IMG/VR virus record: IMGVR_UViG_3300037457_000050
Span: 1-34,512 of that record
From: a virus
Taxonomy: Duplodnaviria > Caudoviricetes
DNA length: 34,512 bases
Strand: one strand, 5' to 3'
Part shown: piece after piece, positions 1 to 7,206 of the stretch
Position numbering within the stretch: the stretch's first letter is position 1
Layout of the letters: each line of letters starts with the position of its first letter
Position numbers and translations under genes: made by a program
Notes under the pieces: generated by a model
Seen by the model: the letters and a program-made list of their open reading frames with translations, nothing else
Told to the model about the DNA's origin: nothing
Databases searched by the model: none

Positions 1-37
1 GTCATCGTCGCTCATCCACTCACCGTATCCAGCCAAC

Positions 38-352
38 TCACTGGTTGCCCGCCAGGCGGGTGTTCCTGCCCTGGGCGCGGCGGGTGGCCCGGTTGGGACG
101 GGCTGGGGGTGGTGCGGGGTCGTGACGGCCCAGCTGCTGGGCGATGGTCCGCTTCACCACCGGGTCGCCGGTGTACGCCGCAGCCACCGCCAGAGCTGCG
201 GCCGGGTGGACGCGGGTGGTGGCGGCGATACGGCACACCGGGTGGATGATCTCCCACGGCAGACCGGTCAGGGTGGCAGCCCAGCCGGGCGGGTGGGCGC
301 GGGATGCCAGCCACGCCTCAACCTCGACCCGGGTCGGGAGGGCAGTGTTCAC
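38..352 (-). CDS. Hypothetical protein (104 aa)
   Basis: GTG start with GAGG upstream; same strand as the operon; protein-like composition. Confidence 0.6.
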   Translation of the reverse strand: MNTALPTRVEVEAWLASRAHPPGWAATLTGLPWEIIHPVCRIAATTRVHPAAALAVAAAYTGDPVVKRTIAQQLGRHDPAPPPARPNRATRRAQGRNTRLAGNQ

Positions 353-479
353 CGGCGCGTCGCCTCGAAGCGGTAGACGGTTCTCATGCGTCCGGGTCCG
401 CTGAGATCATGACGCCGACGCCCGGGCCGGCCACCTCGATGCCGAGCCACGCAAGGACGCCGCTCCCGCTCCAGCCGGG

Positions 480-719
480 TCACCGCGTGTTTGCAAGCTC
501 GCGGGCTCCGGTCAGCTCCGGCTCCACCCCGCTGTCGTCGATCTCGCAGTGGCTACCCACCACCCAGACGGTGCCCGGCAGCCCACAGACGCCCTGATGC
601 GGGTGCAGCCACTGCCGGTTGACCTCTTGCAGGTAGCCGAACGCACGAAACTCGGCAATGTCCATGTGCTTGTCGCCGGCCGGCACATCAGCTGTGCCGG
701 TGATAACCGGGTCGGTCAT
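480..719 (-). CDS. Hypothetical phage protein (MDIAEFRAFGYLQEVNRQWLHP motif)
   Basis: ATG at 719 preceded by GGAG; the N-terminal motif resembles a recurrent phage hypothetical family (from memory). Confidence 0.6.
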   Translation of the reverse strand: MTDPVITGTADVPAGDKHMDIAEFRAFGYLQEVNRQWLHPHQGVCGLPGTVWVVGSHCEIDDSGVEPELTGARELANTR

Positions 720-759
720 GGGTGGGAACTCCAAGGTCGGGACGTTGAGGGGACGTTTG

Positions 760-802
760 CAAGGTCGGCTCGGTGAACGTCCCGAACACCGAGCCGACCT
801 TG
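760..802. terminator. Perfect 16-bp inverted repeat (terminator/attenuator-like hairpin)
   Basis: CAAGGTCGGCTCGGTG (760-775) and CACCGAGCCGACCTTG (787-802), 11-nt loop, intergenic; no U-tract. Confidence 0.6.
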
Positions 803-840
803 GTCAAGGGGGAGTGGTGGCGGCCCGCAGCAGCCCTCAA

Positions 841-901
841 GGGGGGGTTGCGGGGGGAGGAGGGGGCCGGGGGCCGCCGGACTGTGGGGGGTGTGAGGGG
901 G
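841..901 (+). other. G-run cluster matching a canonical G-quadruplex motif
   Basis: G7-ttgc-G6-agga-G5-cc-G5 (841-873) plus G6 (886-891) and G5 (897-901), intergenic. Confidence 0.45.
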
Positions 902-962
902 TGCGGCTTACCGGTCAGAGGCGCCGACAGGGGCCGCGGGACACACGGGTGCCGTTGGCGGA

Positions 963-992
963 AGCGTAACTGTCACGTCCGAGGATGGTCAA
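963..992 (-). promoter_or_regulatory. Putative sigma70/HrdB-type leftward promoter
   Basis: TTGACC (992-987) N18 TACGCT (968-963) at the end of the HTH gene. Confidence 0.55.
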
Positions 993-1341
993 CTCGGGGC
1001 CTGCGGCGGCGTGTCTCCTGTACCGCCTTCAGGTCGGCGAGCTGGTAGCGCCAGCCGTGGCGGGTCCTCTCACCAGGCAGTCGCCCGGCCAGCCGCAGCC
1101 GGCGGATGTTGGCGGTGGACGTGCACAGCCAGTCGGCGGCCTGCGCCGGGGTGAGCAGCATGTGCTCATCCACAGTCACCACCTGGGGGACCGCCCACGT
1201 TTCGCCGAACTGGACGGCGGTGGCGTCGGCGGTGTCGCACAGGTCCGTCGACAGGGACCGCAGATGCGCCCGGTACATGTGAGCGACGCGGCGGGCGCGA
1301 GTCAGCGGCGCCTCGCCGGGAAACGGCCACCGGCCGGCCAT
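973..1341 (-). CDS. Helix-turn-helix DNA-binding protein (HTH_17/excisionase-like C-terminal domain)
   Basis: LLTPAQAADWLCTSTANIRRLRLAGRLPGER..WRYQLADL motif; ATG with AGGA upstream. Confidence 0.8.
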   Translation of the reverse strand: MAGRWPFPGEAPLTRARRVAHMYRAHLRSLSTDLCDTADATAVQFGETWAVPQVVTVDEHMLLTPAQAADWLCTSTANIRRLRLAGRLPGERTRHGWRYQLADLKAVQETRRRRPRVDHPRT

Positions 1342-1349
1342 CAGGCGTC

Positions 1350-1378
1350 CTGCCCTTCACACGGGTACCGGGTATGAT
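1350..1378 (+). promoter_or_regulatory. Putative leaderless promoter of tnpB
   Basis: CTGCCC (1350-1355) N17 TATGAT (1373-1378), 7 nt before GTG 1386; no RBS. Confidence 0.5.
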
Positions 1379-1385
1379 GTGAGAC

Positions 1386-2492
1386 GTGGGATTTCAGACG
1401 AGGCGGGGATACAAGTACCGCTTCTACCCAACTCCCGAACAGGCGCAGCAACTGAGCCAAACCTTCGGCTGTGTGCGGCTGGTCTACAACAAGGCCCTCG
1501 CCGAGCGGACCCGCATCTACTCCACCGAGCGTCGCGGCACCACCTACGTAGAGACGTCGGCATGGCTGACCAGATGGAAACACAGCCAGGACCTGGGCTT
1601 CCTGAACGAGGTCTCCTGCGTGCCGTTGCAGCAGACCCTGCGGCACCTTCAAGGTGCGTTCGTCGCGTTCTTCTCGAAGCGCAACCGGTACCCACGCTTC
1701 AAGTCCCGCAAGAGGTCCCACGCATCGGCCGAGTACACCCGGTCGGCGTTCCGGTGGCGCGACGGCAGGCTGACCCTGGCGAAGATGGACCAGCCGCTTG
1801 ACATCCGCTGGTCTCGTCCGCTTCCCGAAGGGGCTGAGCCGTCCACGGTGACCGTTTCCCGAGACGCCGCTGGACGCTGGTTCGTGTCCCTGCTGGTGGA
1901 GACCGTGATCGAGCCGCTGGCGTCCACCGACAAGACGGTAGGGGTCGACGCCGGGATCACATCGCTGGTAGCCCTGTCCACCGGGCAGAAGGTGACCAAC
2001 CCGGGCTACGAACGGCGGGATCGACGCAAGCTGGCTCGCGCGCAGCGCAGCATGACCCGCAAGGTAGTCGGCTCGCAGAATCGCACCAAAGCACGTCGCC
2101 GTTTGGCGCGCGTCCACGCGCGCATCGCCGACCGACGCAGGGATCACCTGCACAAGCTCACGACTCGACTCGTCCACGAAAACCAAGTGGTTGTGATCGA
2201 GGATCTGCATGTGCAAGGGATGATGGCCAACCACTCGCTCGCTCGGGCGATATCTGATGCGTCGTGGTCGCTGCTGCGGCAGTTCCTGGAGTACAAGTGC
2301 GAGTGGTACGGCCGCGAGTTGCGTACTGTCGATCGCTGGTACCCGTCGAGCAAGATCTGCTCCACCTGTGGAGTGCTGCAGAAGTCGCTGCCCCTGGATG
2401 TCCGGTCGTGGACCTGTCCATGCGGGGCGGTTCACGACCGGGACGTGAACGCGGCTAAGAACATCCTCGCGGCCGGGCTGGTCGAGAGGTAA
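1386..2492 (+). CDS. tnpB: RNA-guided endonuclease TnpB
   Basis: N-terminal YKYRFYPT..FGCVRLVYNKAL; intact RuvC triad GVDAG / VIEDL / HDRDVNAA; zinc finger CSTC..CPC; 368 aa. Confidence 0.97.
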   Translation: MGFQTRRGYKYRFYPTPEQAQQLSQTFGCVRLVYNKALAERTRIYSTERRGTTYVETSAWLTRWKHSQDLGFLNEVSCVPLQQTLRHLQGAFVAFFSKRNRYPRFKSRKRSHASAEYTRSAFRWRDGRLTLAKMDQPLDIRWSRPLPEGAEPSTVTVSRDAAGRWFVSLLVETVIEPLASTDKTVGVDAGITSLVALSTGQKVTNPGYERRDRRKLARAQRSMTRKVVGSQNRTKARRRLARVHARIADRRRDHLHKLTTRLVHENQVVVIEDLHVQGMMANHSLARAISDASWSLLRQFLEYKCEWYGRELRTVDRWYPSSKICSTCGVLQKSLPLDVRSWTCPCGAVHDRDVNAAKNILAAGLVER

Positions 2493-2608
2493 AACGCCTG
2501 TGGAGGGCCGGTGAGACCCGACCCGCGTATGCGGTGAAGGCGCGGCCTTACGAAGCAGGAATCCGCCTCCTTCAGGTGGTGGAGCGGTCAACCGCTCGTA
2601 TTCGTCGT
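2450..2608 (+). ncRNA. Putative omegaRNA (reRNA): scaffold to 2591 plus flank-derived guide from 2592 (CCGCTCGTATTCGTCGT...)
   Basis: Established TnpB architecture; structured ~100-nt segment between tnpB stop and TCAA right end; 5' boundary approximate. Confidence 0.6.
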
Positions 2609-3526
2609 TCACGAGCATGCGGCCCCCTCGTGCCAGATCACGAGTCGCATCGACCGTTCGTACTCGTCGTAGGGCCGCCACGCGTCGCACTGGTCGCACC
2701 ACACCCGGGGATCGTCACCCCTCTGCCGGGGCTGGTGCTGGCGCAGTGTGCCGTCGCGTAGGCAGCCGTGGCAGGCGCCGGGGAGCTTCCGCACCGGGGA
2801 CGTGAGGCCGACCACCGACCGGGCCAGGTAGTGCAGCCTGCGCAGATGCGCGATGCCGCCGGCGCCGGTGGGGGAGCACACCTCCGTGGTAGTGGCAACG
2901 CCGTGGCGTTCCGGCCCGTGGAGCACCATCCGCGGCAGGTCGTCATCCGCGCCGGCCCAAGGGTATTCGGCCATGTCCGTCTGGCCTACCCGGGCCAGTC
3001 TGCCCAGCCGGGGAGCGATCACCGTGCACGCGGTTTGCACCGCCCGGCCCTCCCGCACCCCGGCCGTCACCTCATCGGATAGCCGGTCCAACTCCCGCAC
3101 CACCGGCTCCCACGCTGTCGCCGTCTGCCAGATGGTCCGCTGCAGCACCAGCACGAACTCGCGCAGCGGCAGCGGATGCTCACCCCGGTCCCGCTTGCCT
3201 GGCTGGCCGTCGGACCACTGGGACAGCGGCTTCGGCAGCCACTGCTCCAGAGCGGCGTAGTCACCCGGCAGCGCCCGCACTTCCCGTTCGGCGACGCGCA
3301 GGCAGTCGGGGCACAGCGGCACCGACGGATCAGCTAGCAGCGTCGCACGTCGCTTGGCCAGGTCGTACTCGGCGCACCGGTCACCGGCCGCGCACCGGCG
3401 AGACGCCACCAGGCCGCAGCCTTCCGACCCGCACCCACCCGGCACCGAACACGGGGCAAACGGAGAAGCGTGGCATTGGCAGTCCACCGGGCAGGCAGAC
3501 GTGACGGTGGGGGTGGCAGCCGGCAT
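2609..3526 (-). CDS. Cys-rich phage protein (several CxxC motifs), possible regulator
   Basis: ATG 3526 after GAGGA; CPDC, CHGC and WCDQC motifs; directly upstream of the HTH gene. Confidence 0.75.
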   Translation of the reverse strand: MPAATPTVTSACPVDCQCHASPFAPCSVPGGCGSEGCGLVASRRCAAGDRCAEYDLAKRRATLLADPSVPLCPDCLRVAEREVRALPGDYAALEQWLPKPLSQWSDGQPGKRDRGEHPLPLREFVLVLQRTIWQTATAWEPVVRELDRLSDEVTAGVREGRAVQTACTVIAPRLGRLARVGQTDMAEYPWAGADDDLPRMVLHGPERHGVATTTEVCSPTGAGGIAHLRRLHYLARSVVGLTSPVRKLPGACHGCLRDGTLRQHQPRQRGDDPRVWCDQCDAWRPYDEYERSMRLVIWHEGAACS

Positions 3527-3608
3527 GGTCGGGTCCTCTTCCGCGGGCAGCTCGCTACGATGGCGGTGAGCTGCCACCACGGGGGACGCGGGGGCGGTTG
3601 TACGCGGA

Positions 3609-3638
3609 CGGCCCGGGGGATAGGAGTACCCCGGGCCG
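3609..3638. terminator. 10-bp perfect inverted repeat in a 180-bp intergenic gap
   Basis: CGGCCCGGGG (3609-3618) / CCCCGGGCCG (3629-3638), 10-nt loop. Confidence 0.45.
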
Positions 3639-3705
3639 CCACGCTTCACAGGCAGACTACAGGCCGGCTGGTAGGCGGTTCTCGCAGCTCACACGGCGTG
3701 TCGGG

Positions 3706-4167
3706 TCATGCCGACCTCCGCATCGCTTCCAGCGCCTGCCGGACCAGCCGATGGCCGGCCTCACGGTCCACAGACTCGCAGTAGCCGTGTTGGTCCTGCT
3801 CGTACCGGATGTAACCGCGGGCGCCCAGCGCATGGTAGAGGTCATGCTGCCAGCCGCTGTTACCCCACGGGCGCTTGCCCGAGAAGCCCTCGCCCTGGTC
3901 CCAGACCGCCTCAGCGAGCGCTACCAGGTACTCGCGGACGGTGGCCGCGCCAGCGTCGTTCGGCCCGACCGGTGTTTCCAGCACCTGCGCCGGTGTCGGT
4001 GCATCCGGGTCCGGCAGGCGGGTCAGCAGGTGTTCCCACAACGTCAGGTGGTGGCCGCTTGGCCGGTCCTCCACCCAAACCTCTACGGTGACTTGCTCCC
4101 GTTCTGGTCCGTGAACCAGGTGGGCTCGGTGGCCACCGAGCCAGTCCGGCAGGCGGTAGATGGTCAT
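3706..4167 (-). CDS. Hypothetical phage protein
   Basis: NDAGAATVREYLVAL..W..GEGFSGKRPWGNSGW motif; ATGA overlap and GGAGG RBS. Confidence 0.8.
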   Translation of the reverse strand: MTIYRLPDWLGGHRAHLVHGPEREQVTVEVWVEDRPSGHHLTLWEHLLTRLPDPDAPTPAQVLETPVGPNDAGAATVREYLVALAEAVWDQGEGFSGKRPWGNSGWQHDLYHALGARGYIRYEQDQHGYCESVDREAGHRLVRQALEAMRRSA

Positions 4168-4508
4168 GCTGGCCTCCAGCTCTCGTCATACCCGTCCCGG
4201 CCGGCGTACGCCGTAGCCAGGTGCCGGACCACATGCTCCAGCGCCTCGCCGACGGCCTCATCCCGGTCCCGCTCATCCGGGTCGCGGCCGTCGGCCACAC
4301 CCTCCGGCAGGTCCGCATGGAACGCGGCGGCCTCGTACTGGTCCAGGATCGCCCGCTTGGCGGCTACATCGAACGCCACCCGGTCCGCGCAGTCCGGCCG
4401 CTGCGGGCCTCCGTCCTCGCACCGGCACGAACCGCCGTCGACCAGCATCGCCTCATCGGTGCCGATCTGGGTGGCCAGCCATTCGGCGATCTCGTCAGGC
4501 TGTCCCAC
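4164..4508 (-). CDS. DUF6221-like protein
   Basis: EWLATQIGTDE...DVAAKRAILD...RHLATAYAGRDGYDESWRP pattern. Confidence 0.75.
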   Translation of the reverse strand: MGQPDEIAEWLATQIGTDEAMLVDGGSCRCEDGGPQRPDCADRVAFDVAAKRAILDQYEAAAFHADLPEGVADGRDPDERDRDEAVGEALEHVVRHLATAYAGRDGYDESWRPA

Positions 4509-4686
4509 TGCTCACCTCCCGCCATCCGACGATCTGCGGCACCCCGTCCGGCCACTCGATGACCGGCTCAGGGGCACCGTGGAACGCCCCAGAATCGGCG
4601 ACCAACCAGCCAGCCCGCGCAGCGGCGCGGATCAGCTCGGCCACCTGCTCACGGCTGTAACCCGCGTCAGGCTGCCCCATCATCAC
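4495..4686 (-). CDS. Hypothetical protein
   Basis: GGAGG RBS; fills the gap between coupled genes. Confidence 0.6.
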   Translation of the reverse strand: MMMGQPDAGYSREQVAELIRAAARAGWLVADSGAFHGAPEPVIEWPDGVPQIVGWREVSSGTA

Positions 4687-4984
4687 CCCTCCCGTGGAGC
4701 CTCCGCTGGTACTCCGCCAGATCGGCCGCCAGCTCGCGACCGGCGGCCTCGCGGTGGTCGTGCAGCACCGTCAGCACGACGTGGTTGACGACCGCACCCA
4801 ACGCGAAGCCGGCCACGACCTGGACGGCCAGGGCCAGCAACGGCGGCACACCCGCCGGCAGCAGCCGGCCCAACAACACCACCGCAGCAACAACCACGCC
4901 CATGCCGGTGGCGGCATAGGCCAACAGGCGGACCAGCCACGCCCGGAACGCCGGATAGGGCCGGCGGGTCTGGTCAGGCTGCAT
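4667..4984 (-). CDS. Membrane protein (2 TM)
   Basis: Two hydrophobic stretches; GGGGAG RBS. Confidence 0.75.
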   Translation of the reverse strand: MQPDQTRRPYPAFRAWLVRLLAYAATGMGVVVAAVVLLGRLLPAGVPPLLALAVQVVAGFALGAVVNHVVLTVLHDHREAAGRELAADLAEYQRRLHGRGDDGAA

Positions 4985-4995
4985 GGATACTCCCC

Positions 4996-5023
4996 TAATG
5001 TTCGATAATAACCGTTATGTCAA
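4996..5023. promoter_or_regulatory. AT-rich palindromic element with TTGACA
   Basis: ATAAC-C-GTTAT palindrome (5008-5018) abutting minus-strand TTGACA (5023-5018); no canonical -10 at 17-18 bp spacing. Confidence 0.4.
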
Positions 5024-6330
5024 GTTGTGGTGTTTCGTCCCGATTGAGGACCCGTCCAACCGTGCTCGGTGTACCGGCCCTCAGCGACCGCCGCAAACAT
5101 CCGCGCCGCCGACCAGCCGCGCTCCCCAGCGGCGGCCAGGGCAGCCTGGTACATCTCCTCATCGGCACAGACTGTCCGTAGTGCCACCCGGTCGGACTCG
5201 GCCTGTACCGCAGCCGCCACCAGTCGCTGGAACCCGCCAGCAGCGGCCAGTCCATAGCCGTGCGGGTCGGACACCTGCTCACCAAGCCGGCGGAACCTCT
5301 CAGCCATGCCGCTGCGGTCAACCGGCTCGGTGACCGCAGCGCCGTCGGGGCGTATCTCCGCCACCCGCAACTGAGTCGCGTCCCGCCGGCCGTCGGCGGT
5401 CGACCACTCCACCGAGATCCGGTCACCCACCCGCAGCTGGTCGGCCGGTCCCATAACCCTCCGCAGCACCGACCAGTCCACCCGACGGGTCTCGTCCACC
5501 CACGTGGCGGTCGGGTGCGCCACATAAGGCGTCAGGTCAATGCCGCCTGCCAGCTCCGCCAGGGTGGGCGCCTCCGGGTCGGCTGGCGGGTCGGGCATCC
5601 AGAACACGGTCCCCGCGGCGCGCGGGTCCACCCGGCCGTCCAGGACCGCCCACTCACCTTCCTCAGCCTCGTAAGCCTCGGCGAGCTGCCGGGCGAGCCG
5701 GTTGAATCCCTCGGCTGCCTGACTGACGCTGGCACCGAACGCTGACGCGAACTCAGCGAACGCGTCAACGGCCGGTTCCGGGTCGAGCCGGCGCCGGTCG
5801 CCCAGCTCCCGCTCCAACCGGTACCACACCCGATCGCGGCCCTCCCACTCACGCACCACCTCGGCGGAAACGTCCACGCCGACGAACCGGTGCCCGTCGT
5901 CCAGACGGAACCACCACTGGTCGCTACCCGCACGGCGGTAGGTGCGGCGGGTGAAGCTCCCTCGCTCCTCGATCTGCACCAACTCCAGGCCGCTGTCGTC
6001 GAAGGCGGTCACCAGGTCCGGGCGCCAGCGGGCGGCGTGCGGACCACCCAGCCACGGCGCGTCGGTGTCCGGGCCGCGGTGGGTCGGCTCGCAGTCCGGT
6101 GAGCAGTACGTCGAACCCGGCCGCGGGTCGGCGCCGCACGGACACCGGCCGTCGATCGCCGCATCCACCCGGCCCAGGGTGCCGGCCGCGCTGGTCGGCG
6201 GCCCGGCAGCCTGCTCGCGCAACTGCTCCTGCACCATCGCCCCCACATCTAGCGGTGGCCCAGCCAGCTCGGCCTGCACATGCCGCGAGATCGGTATCCG
6301 CCACTGGCTGTCACCCGGCACCGTCACCAC
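5020..6330 (-). CDS. Mosaic hypothetical protein (436 aa) with CPC..YCS..C motif
   Basis: Long ORF with GGGGAG RBS in operon order. Confidence 0.75.
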   Translation of the reverse strand: MVTVPGDSQWRIPISRHVQAELAGPPLDVGAMVQEQLREQAAGPPTSAAGTLGRVDAAIDGRCPCGADPRPGSTYCSPDCEPTHRGPDTDAPWLGGPHAARWRPDLVTAFDDSGLELVQIEERGSFTRRTYRRAGSDQWWFRLDDGHRFVGVDVSAEVVREWEGRDRVWYRLERELGDRRRLDPEPAVDAFAEFASAFGASVSQAAEGFNRLARQLAEAYEAEEGEWAVLDGRVDPRAAGTVFWMPDPPADPEAPTLAELAGGIDLTPYVAHPTATWVDETRRVDWSVLRRVMGPADQLRVGDRISVEWSTADGRRDATQLRVAEIRPDGAAVTEPVDRSGMAERFRRLGEQVSDPHGYGLAAAGGFQRLVAAAVQAESDRVALRTVCADEEMYQAALAAAGERGWSAARMFAAVAEGRYTEHGWTGPQSGRNTTT

Positions 6331-6742
6331 TCCCCTGCCCCTCCCCGCTGATCTTGTCGTCCAGTACCACCGGGATCACCTTCAGGTGCGGGTAGTTCAT
6401 AGCTAGCTCCGTCAGCGGGTTGACCCGGGTATGGTCCTCCGCAGCCAGTGGCGACACCACCAGGAACTCCCCGTAGGTGGCCACCTGCCCGGCCAGCCAG
6501 GCGAGCACGTCCGCCTCGCCGTCGAAGCCCTCCGGCACCGGCACGCCAGCGAGCTTCGGATGCTGGCGCAGCAGCTCCGGCCGGCACTCGCGCATCGCCC
6601 TCGGGAGCTGGTGCGTGAACAGCGTGTCCCTGGTCATGAAGTCCAGCAGCGCATGAACCGCACCGATGTGGCCCGGCGCCACCAGTCGGCCGGTGGTCAC
6701 GGACAGAACCTCACCCAGGTGGAACTTGCGGGTCTCAGCCAC
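6311..6742 (-). CDS. Conserved phage hypothetical protein (DUF7736-like, tentative)
   Basis: FHLGEVLSVTTGRL..LLDFMT.DTLFTHQLPRA..ECRPELLRQHP motif; GTGGCTGA overlap. Confidence 0.75.
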   Translation of the reverse strand: MAETRKFHLGEVLSVTTGRLVAPGHIGAVHALLDFMTRDTLFTHQLPRAMRECRPELLRQHPKLAGVPVPEGFDGEADVLAWLAGQVATYGEFLVVSPLAAEDHTRVNPLTELAMNYPHLKVIPVVLDDKISGEGQGSGDGAG

Positions 6743-6935
6743 GGGTCCCCTCCTCCATCAGCCAACGGTTGACCGCCTCCACCACCAGCGCCGCGTCCGG
6801 GCCGGTGTCCATCACCCCGATCAGTTCCCCCCGCTCCGGACCGCCCGGCATGTGCCGGTAGATGGTGCGGCCGTGGGTGCCCGGGGAGGTGCCGACCCGC
6901 CAACGCTCCCCCGGCTCGGGCGTGTGCTCAACCAC
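6735..6935 (-). CDS. Hypothetical protein (WRVG..GRTIY..LIGVMDT motif)
   Basis: 3' part of listed ORF 6735..7295; GTG 6935 with GGAGG upstream, overlapping the upstream stop. Confidence 0.65.
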   Translation of the reverse strand: MVEHTPEPGERWRVGTSPGTHGRTIYRHMPGGPERGELIGVMDTGPDAALVVEAVNRWLMEEGTRG

Positions 6936-7206
6936 TGTCCACCGCCTCCCCGCTGGCTCCGGTGACCTCCCGGACGATCCGGGCGGAACGGCTGTCGCAC
7001 AGGCAGTCAAGCGCCATCGTGATGGCGTCCTCCTCAACAGCCCGGGCGGCGTCCTCACCAGCCTGAGCCCGGATGCGGGCATCGTGGGCGGGCAGCACCG
7101 CCCGAAGCACGGCGGCGACCACCAACGGCCACGGCCTGTCCGGATACAGTCGCGCCGCAGCACAGCCAGCCTCAAGCTCGGCGGCGGTGAAGGACTCAGC
7201 CGACAT
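6928..7206 (-). CDS. Hypothetical protein
   Basis: ATG 7206 with GGGGGAG RBS; coupled to neighbours. Confidence 0.65.
   Translation of the reverse strand: MSAESFTAAELEAGCAAARLYPDRPWPLVVAAVLRAVLPAHDARIRAQAGEDAARAVEEDAITMALDCLCDSRSARIVREVTGASGEAVDSG

Larger units (their letters stand above)
1345..2591 (+). mobile_element. IS200/IS605-family tnpB-only (IS1341-like) element inserted 3' of TCAG
   Basis: tnpB; right-end hairpin TCCGCCTCC-TTCA-GGTGGTGGA (2562-2583) followed by TCAA (2588-2591); short left-end hairpin TGCCC-TTCACAC-GGGTA (1351-1367); removing 1345-2591 restores an in-frame ORF; no TSD; no tnpA. The left boundary is inferred. Confidence 0.8.

Noticed and set aside
735-970. tRNA or attachment site in the intergenic region
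   Set aside because: No cloverleaf or T-loop consensus recognised and no integrase in the window
1345-1385. tnpA gene or group I intron (IStron) at the left end
   Set aside because: Only about 41 bp lie between the TAM and the tnpB start
1386-2492. Nuclease-dead TnpB (TldR-like regulator) or Cas12
   Set aside because: All three RuvC acidic residues are present; size and IS ends fit TnpB; no CRISPR array
2592-2670. Near-duplicate as a target-site duplication or DGR repeat
   Set aside because: Both copies lie on the same side of the IS, IS200/IS605 elements make no TSD, and the mismatches are not confined to adenines of one copy
1341-2702. 453-aa minus-strand ORF as a real protein-coding gene
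   Set aside because: Codon-aligned antisense shadow of tnpB with no recognisable domain; kept only as a possible read-through feature
3598-4788. 396-aa plus-strand ORF (likewise 12166..13449, 22260..23639, 25791..26849, 31700..32971)
   Set aside because: Antisense to well-coupled minus-strand genes; Arg/Pro/Ser-rich shadow composition typical of high-GC DNA
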